This document shows positions 26,601-38,155 of a stretch of DNA of 64,000 nucleotides, in pieces. This stretch comes from Pocillopora damicornis (Eukaryota): NCBI RefSeq assembly GCF_003704095.1, contig NW_020843717.1, positions 124,001-188,000 on the forward strand, read 5' to 3'. Made by a program: the position numbers and the translations under genes. Positions within the stretch are counted from its first letter, which is position 1; each line of letters opens with the position of its first letter. A model generated the notes under the pieces. That model did not search any database, was not told the origin of the DNA, and saw nothing but the letters and a program-made list of their open reading frames with translations.

Positions 26601-29600
26601 TTGGTGGTATTCTGTCCGCGTACGGACTGGCCTTAGCAGATGTGGTTCACGAGGCGCAGGAACCGTGTGCACGTGAATACAATAAAGGTAACAGGCTAAT
26701 GTTTCTTTTATATGATTTGAGTTCAGTAAAACGTCCAGCNNNNNNNNNNNNNNNNNNNNNNNNNNNNNNNNNNNNNNNNNNNNNNNNNNNNNNNNNNNNN
26801 NNNNNNNNNNNNNNNNNNNNNNNNNNNNNNNNNNNNNNNTTTCATAAAAGAACAGCATATACGTCATACTCAGGTAGAATCCTGCAAAGCACTAGGTTTG
26901 CATCTGTCACAGCCAATGGACCACCTAAGAAAATTAACAGATTTTGAAATTGCTTCTTTTAACTTTGCCTTCTAAACTCTTGGCTAATTACAATTATAAT
27001 GAGTCACCATAGACGGGTGTTGGTAAAAGCATGGAGAGGGAAAAGAAGTCACAAAGTTCCCTTAGGGGATGGGAGGGAGGAGGAGAGAGTGTTGTGTGAT
27101 GAGCCATGACCCTTTAACACCTAAGAGTGACTAACATCTAATTTCTCCTTACAACATCACCCCTGAATCAAACATTAAGGTCATGAGAATAAAGGAGATG
27201 ATCACCAACAAAAGAAGCTTTTGATTGTTGAACAAATTCTCCTTGTCAGAACCCTACGAAATGTCTGGAGAGTGGTATGGAGAATATTCATACTGACGTT
27301 AGGGAGTAAAGGGTTAAGGATGGCTAGCAAGGAGACCAGGTAGAAAAAGGAGAAAAAAGCAAACCATCTGTTCTTCTTTTCTGTTCTACTTGTGAGCATA
27401 AACTCACCTTTTCGGTAACAAACAGGTCCTGGATGGGCACTGGCTGACTCAGGTCCAACAACGAATAGCCCCGCCCTGAAAAATAGGCGAGATCCACCTC
27501 CTGCTGCCACAGTGTTGATGTCCAGCTACAAAAACAATTATCACAAAAAACAGTCTTTCAAGACCAGTTCATATTAACAAATTTCAGTTGGTAACTCAGT
27601 CCACTGATTTCTCTGAGTGGTTTTTTAATAGGCCATTTTGCAGTTGTGTACTTAGTTTCCAAGCCTTTGATTTGGAGTGAGGCTGAAGTTGACCATGTTG
27701 TGATAGAGACCAGTATGTACTTAGCATGATGACATTAGAAAAACAGTATGGTTTGTATCATAACAAGGTCACCCTTAGCCTCATTCCTGTTCAAAGGCTT
27801 GGCAACCAAGCATGCAACTGTAAAATGAACTATTCCAAGGAAGGACTACAATTTTTCTTTTTCATATTCAATGCATAAGTTGTTGTCATAATTGTATACT
27901 TTGAAGTTTTGACTCCAAAAAAGTAAACTTGTGTGAGTACCAGACAGACCAAGATACACTTCTTACTCTGGTTTGCATTTCAGCATTTCAGATGATATCA
28001 TGTTACTTTAAATTAAGTTTTCCCTTTTCTAGTAATATCTGAAAGTATTTGATTAAATGAAGATCTGATGGATAACAGAACAATTCATACATGAAACTAT
28101 GGGTGTCAGAATTCAGAGTTCTTGAGATACCACAATGAGAAAGAATGAAAATTATCCAAACCAAACCTCATACCTGCGGTGCCTGTATAGTGATTCCTGC
28201 TGTTGTTGTCTCAAACACATGTTCATATTGACCAGCAAATCGAGACACATCTGTTGATGTTCCTGAAGAAAAAAACTGTATAGTTACTCACCAGTATGCA
28301 GCTGCAAAAAAATACTTAACTAGGACATTACATTACTTTGGTAAGAATTATTTAGGAATATGTTGAGATTTAAATCTAGGATGTGAAGAAAGTCTGGCTA
28401 GGACAAATTACTGTTATAGGAGACACTGCATCACAAAAAAAATTCTCACCGAATCATCTCAATCAATGTAATTTGGGACTGCACTCTTTCTTCAAACATT
28501 TGGTGCAATATAATTAAATTGAAAATAGAGACACATTCTTAACACTACTTTTACCATCATTTTAGCTGTAACAAATTTCCAGTAAAAATATCAGACCTAT
28601 TCAAGATCAAATAACATGATAATGTTTTATTCTTTTATTACCTCCCATATCAAATCCAATGACTGGTTGCTCTGTCTCTCTGTGAAAAGTTGTCATTGCA
28701 TAACCAACCTGAGCAAAAAGCAAACTCTATTATCCTTTTGGAAAAAAAAGTCAAATGAATAAAACTTTGGAACCTACCACACCACCTGCAGGTCCAGACA
28801 AAATGGCCCTTGATCCATAAAACCTGCAAAAACACATTACAAATTACTGTGCAATTAATTGGAAACATGTTAAAATATCCAGTGGATATCACTTCCTTAA
28901 CTACACATACCGTAAATGACAATTACAGTATAATAGCAATATTAATAACAATAATAATTAATTGATTGATAAACAAAATGACAATAATATCAATTACTTA
29001 TAAACTTTGTTGACACAGTTCATTTAATTCAGGTTGAGGTAGAAAGCAGGGCTTAACCCTTTAACTCTCATGAGTGACCAAGACAGAATTTCTCCTTACA
29101 ATATTAATATAACATCAAGCAGAAAATTAATGAGAGTAAAGAAAAATATTAACTAAGGGATTACTAGTTGATCCAATACCAAATTCCCCAGACTAACATC
29201 ACAAGAACTCTACAACAGACAGTAAGGAGAATTACTCACGAGATCATGTGAGTTAGAGGGTAAAGTATAATTATACAGTAAAAAAAACATTGTAATGCTT
29301 TTCTATAAATTACCACTTACTTTGACACAGGAGTCAAGCCGCCATCAGACTGCATAAACAACACTTTGTCCTGCAAAAAGATCAATCATAAATTAACACT
29401 GTAATACAAAAATAACACTGCGCTTCACAATCTACATTGTTATCAAAAGCAATGGCAAATTATTAAACACACAACATGACAATGACACAAATAAACCATC
29501 TTGTCTTGAGACAAGGTTCCTCACCCCACCCTTCCCAGAAATATTTGCACTCTGTGATTTCACAATAAGCTGCTCTGAGAGTGGATAAAAACACAGCTTT

Positions 29601-32600
29601 CTTAAAATGAGATATTATTAATAATGATTGAAGTCCCGGAGGGATATGTGAACTGGCATTCAGTGAGACAAATCTAAATGCTATACCTGCCCAGAACCTT
29701 ATTTTCATCAGGTTTGGCCAGTGGCACAAGTTACCTTTCCTCTCAAACTTATTGGATATATAAAATTTTCGCACACACAGTAACCAATCAACCAACCTGG
29801 ATGCCATCTTGAAAGCCAGCTGTAAATCCTCTGATATATTTCTTTATACAAGGGGTTAAATAAGCATCGGCAGAAGCTACACATTGTAAATCAAACTCAA
29901 ATTCAATATGTTGTTAAAAAAAACTAACAACAACGGCAATAACAATAACAGCTGATGATTCTGAAATCACAAGGTCTTCATGCAAAGGAGCAAATAATAA
30001 TTACTGTTGTAACTTGCTATTGTAAAGAACACTAACCTGTGTAACCTCGGGGTACAATCCTAACCATGGGCATTATTGTAGAAGAGAGTGACACCTGATC
30101 AAAACCCATCTCTAGGGCAATTTCACCAACTTCTCTTTCATGTACATCATACCTGAATATGTGACAAATAATACCTGGTAAGATTTAACACTTGAACTTC
30201 CATTAGGGAATTATCAGTTATTGAGTAACTTCTCCAGACAATTATCTAAGAAACGGCTTACAACCATAGATCCCTTCATAAAATGACTGTACACCAATGT
30301 TAACATTACTTTTCATATCATTCTAAAGGGCACACTAGAATGTAAATGATTGCCTAAATCAAAATTATTGAAATGGTCTGGGTTGCCTCTTAGAGTGGGT
30401 TAAAATAACTTTTTAAAGGAAGCTCTAACTGCTGAAACAAGTTGGCCCTAAACTTGTATTATGAAGATCCTTTTGCAAAATAATTGGGGAATGGGAACCA
30501 AAACATATAAAAAGTGGAAACAGATCCAACCAATATTTACATGTTGGCCCTAAACTTGTATTATGAAGATCCTTTTGCAAAATAATTAGGAAATTGGAAC
30601 TGAAACATAAAAAGTAGAAACAGATCCAACCGATATTTACATGTTTGGATTTCCAGGTGAGCACCATTTTGGATTGTTTGGCATAGACTAGTTGCCATCA
30701 TTATCATTATCAAACAATGCTACAGTTCACAAGAGTCACTAAAGGATCATGCATGTAACAGAAGCAACCATAAAACATTTCATAATCAAACATGCCAGCA
30801 TGCTCAATTCCAGTCCCCTTTATGAGATAATAGATACTTACATGTAAGAGTGCATGAGCACAACAGCTAAACTCTTGATTCCTTTATCAAGGACTCTCTG
30901 TAAAAAAATATAGTGTTTTCTTCCAGTGTCAAGTTTTCTTCATTTGTACCTTTACTTGTATAATGTCGGTGAAATGACAAATGCAGGATTCCACTACTTT
31001 TGAGTGATATTACTTGTATCTAGTGCATATCTATTCAGTAATAATTATATTAAAGTCAGTCATAATTACTTGTTATAATAAAGATGTTATACTTATAATA
31101 AAAATGTTATACTTGTTATAATAATTATACATGATAATTCTCTCAGTTGATCCAGATAACGAAGTTCAGGTTGATAGACTGTCAGAAGATTACCTGTAGG
31201 TCTTTTCTAAGCTTTCCTTTGTCCAAAGGTTCCCACTCTTCAAGCTACAAAGAAAGATATATATAGTAAGCATCCATCATTTTCTTCATGTGTATAAGAA
31301 TGATTTAATATCTTATTTAAAAAATTGGGTTAATAGGCCATTTCTCAGTTATGTACACAGTTGCCAAGCCTTTGATTTAGAGTGAGGCTGAGGGTGATCT
31401 TGTTGTGATAAAGACCAGTATTTAGTTTACATGATAACAAAGTTATTTATATTTGAAAAGCAACAAGGTTTGTATCATAACAAGGTCACCCTTTGCCTCA
31501 CTCCTGTTCAAAGGCTTAGTAACCAAACAACTGTAAAATGGACTATTTTCAACTGGACATAACAAGTAAACCAGGTAGTATTTGCTTTGATTTTAACTAT
31601 GCTCCAGGATTGCTTTAGAAAACTTGTATTTATCTCAAACCAACGAGATGCAAAAAAAAAAGTACAGACTTGTTTACTTGCATTTTCCTATTTAAATTTT
31701 AATATCGATCAAATGTTAATATCAATAAAATGTATGAAAAATCATTTGAAATTCTGTTAAAGTGGTAGGAAAAAAAGGAAGCATTTTAGTGGAATTTCTG
31801 AAGCCAAACTAGAATTCTGGAGGAACTGTAAATTATAAAAGGAAAATCACAATTATAATGTTTGTCATAAAACTATTTCTTTTAAATCTGAAATTAATTC
31901 ATTGCTATCTGCCACACACACCTTTTGCCCAGTACTTCCAGACACTATTTTACAGTTTTGTGGTCTTTGAATTTTACTGTCATCTTGCTCTAAAACCAGT
32001 CTACCTTTCACAACAATAACATCTTCATGCAGTACCTCTGGACATATAACTTTCTGCAAAAGAGCAATTAGTCATCAACTGTAAGAAATCATATATCAAC
32101 AAATTTCTCTTTAAATTTTAATCCAATCTTAAGTGCACAGGTACTACAATCTTCAGTTGAGAAAGGCTCAATGGAAGTTTTTCAATCATGCAGTTTTGAC
32201 ATTCAAATCGTGTTGTTGTCATCCAGCACCTGGCTGTACTTCCAAATGCCTAAACAAGTGTTGATGGCATAGGAAAGCCTCTTGCAACCTTCACTCAAAA
32301 TGAAAACACTTCTTTTTCGTGTTTTAAAAGGATTACTTACTAAATCAAATATATTAGGTCTTGTCTGATTGCCAATATGCAACAAATCATGGAATCCTTC
32401 AGTAATAACCAGAGCCATTCTTTCTCCCTTTCGTTCCAACAGAGCATTTGTAGCCACTGTGGTCCCCATCCTTATCCACTCAATGTACTTTGGATCAATT
32501 GGCTGATCTGCAGGCATCTTTACTCCTGTCACCTGAAAAACAACAGTTATCCACTCTCCATTAGTCATATAATTGAAAGCATTGGGAATTCTACCAAATG

Positions 32601-33693
32601 ATAAAACAAGCTCCCCAAATTTTCAGGGGAGACAAGGGAAAAATTTTCACACAGCCCTATACTTCATTGTGTATCCACATCTTACTGGTGATACACTAAA
32701 TAATAAATCCCCATATATGGATACATAAGGAAGTACGGGGCTATGCGGAAATTTTGCAGGACCCTGTTAACCATTAACATGTATGGATAATTTGGTGTTA
32801 TCAACTGCATTGATAAATGTAAATTGTCCACCATCAAGATTTTCTAAAGCTGATGTTTCAATTGTTCGTCCCACACCAGAGCAAATGCCAAAGTGTAGTT
32901 GATGTTTCTTTGCAATAAAAGAAATATTTACATTTGTTTTATTACAAGGAAGCATGATCTAGTCCTGATTCTTAGTTATGTATGGATGGTTGATCAACTC
33001 CTCTAGCTAGGAGTCTTAAGAATTTTTGAAAGGTCTTTACTAAAATATTTTTAAATCACTGGTTTGTGTCACTGATACCAGACACGGGTCATGGTAAAAA
33101 AAAATATCAAAAAGTAGAAAACGATACAAATAAATACCAAGCTTAGAATCAAAAAGTCTGTAAAACCATCAAGGTATAATATATAGATTTAGCCAAGCCT
33201 AAAAGCGGAGCTCGCATTTTTTTTTCCCGCACGTTACTATTATTACAGAATAACCATAAAGCAATAAATTATATTAGCACTGGTAACGGTGTGACGATCT
33301 TCAATAGGTCAACTATTGGCAAGTTTAAGTTATCTCTTCAAGCTAAATTTAAAAATCCTGCCAGAGTTTTTAAATCTCGATAACTTCTTCCACGATGCCT
33401 AGTCACGTGACCAAATTAACTGGTACCTATAGAGATTGCTGAGTTAATCCAGGTTGTTATCTTTCTCGCTTTTTTATAGCTTAGGGACAAAGAAACACTT
33501 TTACCTGCTCTATAATCCGTCTTATTCCTTCCCTAGGTGCATCAGGATATGCAGGATCAACTGACAGTAGCTTCATCACTCTTACTTCTCCGTTGGGACA
33601 TTCTGAGTAAACGTCTGTGAAGGTCCCACCTCGATCGATGGCGAACCTGAACTTGTCACGATTCTCGCCGGGCGAATCTTGGCGGTTTGACAT
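17622..33693 (-). CDS. OPLAH: 5-oxoprolinase (ATP-hydrolysing), copy B; more than 30 exons, nearly complete, 3' end and some internal exons lost in gaps
   Basis: Exon 1 33505-33693 ([18 protein letters not shown]). Then 32341-32532 ([17 protein letters not shown]), about 27408-27525 ([19 protein letters not shown]), 22366-22476 ([21 protein letters not shown]), 21630-21711 ([11 protein letters not shown]), 19030-19179, 18832-18906/18709-18783, 18103-18185, 17622-17734. Intron positions match copy A over the shared region. Confidence 0.95.
20020..20190. repeat. Dispersed CCAAT-rich repeat; related copies at about 18378-18630, 25468-25690 and 26140-26280
   Basis: Shared CCAATCAGAGCAA..AGCCAATG..AAGTCACGA(T/C)(C/T)GGTTTA..TTTGTATCTG(A/T)TTGG blocks. 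Confidence 0.55.
25764..26687 (+). CDS. OPLAH: Two internal exons of OPLAH copy B on an inverted contig (25764-26005, 26599-26687)
   Basis: Encode [42 protein letters not shown] / [22 protein letters not shown]. This segment is missing from the minus-strand gene between the exons at about 26872 and 25161; the contig is bounded by N-gaps on both sides. Confidence 0.9.
27107..27317. mobile_element. Related TTAA-type MITE subfamily; reverse-orientation relatives at about 6215-6416 and 41545-41700
   Basis: CCCTTTAACACCTAAGAGTGACTAACATCTAATTTCTCC ... GGGAGTAAAGGGTTAA; the interior matches the reverse complement of 6215-6416. Confidence 0.7.
27627..27834. mobile_element. Foldback MITE family 2
   Basis: AATAGGCCATTTTGCAGTTG ... 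CAACTGTAAAATGAACTATT with long internal inverted arms (CCAAGCCTTTGA / TCAAAGGCTTGG). Confidence 0.75.
29053..29263. mobile_element. MITE family 1 copy
   Basis: TTAACCCTTTAACTCTCATGAGTGACCAAGACAGAATTTCTCCTTACAATA ... GAGTTAGAGGGTAAA. Confidence 0.8.
30441..30643 (+). repeat. Tandem duplication, two ~102-bp units
   Basis: GTTGGCCCTAAACTTGTATTATGAAGATCCTTTTGCAAAATAATT..GAAACAGATCCAACC..ATATTTACAT twice. Confidence 0.9.
31332..31547. mobile_element. Foldback MITE family 2, second copy
   Basis: AATAGGCCATTTCTCAGTT ... CAACTGTAAAATGGACTATT; collinear with 27627-27834. Confidence 0.75.
33402..33411. promoter_or_regulatory. Palindromic E-box (CLEAR/USF-type) in intron 1 of OPLAH copy B
   Basis: Perfect GTCACGTGAC; related CGCGTGAC and TTACGTCA motifs lie upstream of the ATG at about 33849-33904. 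Confidence 0.35.
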
Positions 33694-35117
33694 TCTCCAA
33701 ACTCACTTGCACTCGAAAACTAATGTGTGTACAAAGTATTGAAACCAGTGATACTAACAGAGTTTTTAAACTCTAGAAAGTACTTGACCAGTCTCTCATG
33801 AAACTGACAAATGAACTGGTAAGAGCGTCGTTATTTATCCATTCGTGTCGCGTGACCTCACTACGTAAATCAGGGACTGGTGATATTACGTCAGAGCGCG
33901 TGACAAGCACGAGATCACACAACAACTAAGCCATTGTCTCGTTTCACTCGTAAAGGCGAGGTAATTTCGAGAATTTAAATCAAAAGGCCCCTTCTATCAG
34001 AGCCTTAACTGGTTAACATAAAAACCTTTGTTTTACGAGGTACATTAAGAAAGATCATCAGGATAAAGATGAAAGACTGAACCCTTAGAGGTATTTTCTA
34101 GGTACTTAATCATAAGCTTTGAAGCAAACAACTCGTGACTCAGTCGTGATAGCAACAAGTACTATTCTCGTTCTAGAATCAGCACATATTGAGAATTAAG
34201 AGGATTAAATTCCATGTGGTTGCCATCATTGAAACTTTAATTAATGAAGCTTCTAATTACCCATTACTGAGCATATGTTATTTTTTGACCAAACAAATTT
34301 TATAAAAAGCTTATATAGCAAAATAAGAAAAGATAAATGAAAGTAAAATGTAATAACATTTTAATATTAATTAAGTATTGAATAATAAAGAGAGGGTTGA
34401 GTTTTTATTTCATTAATTCATTCTTTTTTTTTGCTGCTGTCCAAGCAGTACAAAATTTTTCAGACAATTGCCTGTTGAGTGAGACCCACTTGTGGATTTC
34501 TTTCTAGTGGCATGCAATCCAAAAATGTCAGAAAAGGCCATAGAAGGAGCTTCTGTCTTTATTTAATTATAAAGTAATTGTACAAATTGTTTCTCAAATT
34601 AATCAATAAACATTTCTCAAACACAGTAAAGGAATTTTAACATGGAAAACTGAGCTTTTCAATACTTTGTTTAGCAATACACCCTGAAACTGCCAGACTA
34701 TGCCATTTCTATGTTTTTAAAGCATTGTAGTGTAAAATGTATAACTGGCTTTTGATGCTCCTTGCATCTTTTCCTTGGTAGTTCTTTTGAAGTTGAAAAT
34801 AAGCAATACCAATACCTATACAAAATTTTCACAAAACCAAGAATTATCTCTTTAAAGATGAAATTATTTTTCATTTGAACTTTTAACTTGAGAATGGAAC
34901 CAGACATCTTTCAAAAGGGCAACTTTTTCAAAAGGTTGAAACCACAAACCATCCCAGAAAGGTGAAAAGGTGCCATTTTTTCCATCCAAGCTTCCTCATA
35001 TCTTATGTTAGCCAAAAAAAAAAGAAACTGGCTGAAATAATAATTGCATTGGAAATTTGTTGATAGTTGCTTGAATAAAATTATCCTCTTTCAAACTTTA
35101 TCTAAACTCTCCCAAGC

Positions 35118-36955
35118 TCACTGAGTCAGCATCTTTCGCAGTACAGGAGATGCAAGATTCTTTTCACCTGCCTTTTCCTTTCGTGGCTCAGTGATGATTT
35201 GCACTGACTTCTCCTCAGGGCCTGATTTCATTTCCCCAGTTTCTTCATTAGCAACAAACTCAACCTGACACCAAGTACCATGTCCACTGGACTCAATAAT
35301 GGCATCAAGGACGGTTCTGGTATAAAGGCCTGCAATTTGAAGAAACAGTCATCACAGTGTTAATTAAAAACACCTGTAATGGAATGAAGTTATTCTCATC
35401 CTCTATTGATTCTGACCTTGTATTGAGCTAAGAAGCAACATGCTAATTATAGAGGGTTACAAGTTCATCAGCTTTGGCTATTTAGTATAAAATCCCTAAT
35501 TAAAGTCTTTTTTTATTAATATTATTATTATTATTACTATTATTATTATTATGCCTTCATTAAAAAAAATTGATTCTTAATCTATGATTTCTTGTCACAA
35601 GTTAGACAAAAAAAATCAAGCCACATGTTAATTGTGTTAGCTACTGATTTTTTGAATGCATAAGTAGGCAGTTGTCTGAGAAAGAGTCCTGCAACTCGGT
35701 GTCTTCCCATACACAATGTTGATAAAACAAATTGTGAAAAACACAAGGGTAGATATTCTGCCAAGTCAAGTGCATCTTTTAAATAAAATAACTTCCACAC
35801 TACACTATATGGAATTTTGACCCACCAGTTTTTTTCAAGGGGCTCAGTCCCTCCCCCCATTCCCCCCCCCCCTCATTCCCCATACCCCTGTGCCTTCTCT
35901 TCTACCCATGTATTATCCAGGATATCAAACTGACCATCATGAAATGAAGCTGCACTGGAAATAGTCTGCAGATCAGCAATTCTTCGATCATCTTTATCAA
36001 TGGATTCTTCAAATGCTCTTTTTATCTCTGACACCCACACTTCAAGACCTGTCAGAAAGATACTGGGTGGGAGTTTCTCCACATTGAACATACCCGGGAT
36101 GCGGGCAATGTCTCCATAAATGAGTTCTTCTTTGCCACCATTCTTCACTCCATATAAACTACCATTCCTCGCGATCAGCTGCCCCTTGGTACCATATATA
36201 GTGACAGTTTGAGAGTAACGTCCTGGAATGTGGGCATTAAGAGAAACTGTCGCAAAAGCCCCTCCATTCAATTTCATCTGAAAAGCTGTATAGTCATCAC
36301 TGGATATATGACGAAAGCCTGAAACCTCATCTGTTTGAGGAATGAAGGTTTTTAGAGTACCATGAACTTCTACAGCTCTTTGGTTGGTTAAGAAGGAAAC
36401 AAGATCAATGATGTGGGCCCCAAGATTGGTCAGCACCCCACCACCCATGGCCTGATCACACATCCAGGTGTAATTGTTACCTAGCAATGAACCCATTTCA
36501 ATCTTACACTCGCAGATTAGTGGCTTGCCACAAAAACCTTCCTCCACGTATCGCTTCATTTTGATAAAGGCGGGAAGAAACCTGAGTTCGTGTTTGACAA
36601 GAGAAAGAAGCTTAGGATAATATTGAGCAGCCTGGACCATTCTCTCAGCTTCATCCTTGCTAAGACCTACAGGAGAATCACAGAGGACGTGTTTTCCGAT
36701 AGAAAGAGCTTTCACCGCCACTTCAGCTCGAACGTGAGGTGGGCAAAGCACACACACTAAATCCACGTCTTCACGCAGAAGTAATTCGTCTATTTTAACT
36801 GTATGGAATGGAACTTTGTACTCCTCCGCCATCGTCTTCGCTTGCTGTTTTGAAGCACCCCATATTCCACTGACTGTAAAACCGGCTGAGCGTAGAAGCG
36901 GCAGAAGTATTCGAGATGAGTTCCCTGTGTCGACGACACCGACCGAGGGTAGCAT
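35118..36955 (-). CDS. GFOD1: Glucose-fructose oxidoreductase domain-containing protein (GFOD1/2-like, Gfo/Idh/MocA family), two exons
   Basis: Exon 1 35935-36955 (MLPSVGV.., YYPKL, LRFLPAF, MGGGVL, SDDYTAFQM, DDRR). The donor after AASFHDG joins exon 2 35118-35329 (LYTRTVLDAIIESSGHGTWCQV..MLTQ*). The last ~20 aa of the ORF-track protein are intronic read-through. Confidence 0.9.
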
Positions 36956-38155
36956 TTCGATCTGTTACAGAATTATAATCACGGCGAAAAGAAAAGGTCA
37001 TTGGCTCGCAGCTGACGGCAGTCATCTTATTTATTCTCGGTAGGGACTGGGTTGAGACAAACCGAATTTTGATCATCCCCCCTCCCCCTTCCTCCTCACC
37101 TTTTTTTTTGTTGTGTTATGTTTTTGTTTTTTGTTTTTTAATATAAAATAATTGTAAAGGTCTTTTTCAGGATTTCTTTCCCGACCCTTTATTAAGCGAA
37201 TTTTATAACATTAGCCCAGCTTAGTCAAACAGCTAGTTTTAACTTCTGATCCAACAAATAAAAAGGCTTGATGTGAAAAAATACATTTACAATCTTTCTA
37301 TTCAGCGCTTAGTCCGCGTCTCACACTTTTGAAAGCCCCTCAACATTCATTGACATTTGGTAGCCTTTTTTTCCAAATGACACAACTGATTAAATTTCCT
37401 CTCAGCCAGAAAACGTCTTGAAAGAAATTAATTCGAGAAAATATTTGGATTAGCCCTTATGAAGCTGTACTCTCCCCTCCCCTTCCATTCCACTCTGTAG
37501 GGAAGGGTATGGCCACACGTGAGCTACAACTGGACGGACTCTCCCCAGACCTACCGGTTAGAACACTTATAAACAAAAACGAAAAAAGAAAAAAAAAAAA
37601 AAAGGCCACATCGAATGAGGCGAATAGACCTTTCAACCAAATGTAACCAGGCTAAAAATCTGACTGATATTTGCAGCAGTAATTACTTGCTCATGATTTA
37701 ACTCTGTCTGTTCTGTTAATGTTAAAGGTTAACTGATGGCTTGAAGCTCAGCCTGACAAAGTCCTCTTTCTCCCCTCGCAAATCATTTTAAAATTGCGAG
37801 CATTAGTTTCGAATTAATGATTATTCCAGGTTGTGACACCATAGTACGAGGTATTGCCAAAACTGGAACTATCGAACAATCAAAGATCCAACTTGTTGAC
37901 ACAGCGAGATACAGGAATTTCGAAATAAACACTCAGCTGATCACGTGCCGTGTTTAACACCGTGAAACCACTGGTGGCTAGTACAAACTATCCGGTTCTC
38001 AGGTGATTTAGATCGGTTTGCGTATGTACTGTTCCTCATTGGTCTTCGGAATACTTGTTACTCTCTCCATAGCCTGGCTTTTTGGTACACAGAAGGATAA
38101 AGAGCTTTTGATAAATAGTAAGTGGACTGCTGTTGAAAAAGCCTTTTAACTCTCT

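Noticed and set aside
30441-30643. Short repeats here and at 42534, 47437 and 57424 as CRISPR-like arrays
   Set aside because: Eukaryotic context, only 2-3 head-to-tail units, no unique spacers.
35873-35934. C-terminus of the 360-aa ORF (QFDILDNTWVEEKAQGYGE)
   Set aside because: Intron read-through; the donor at 35934 splices to exon 35118-35329, which restores GFOD homology.
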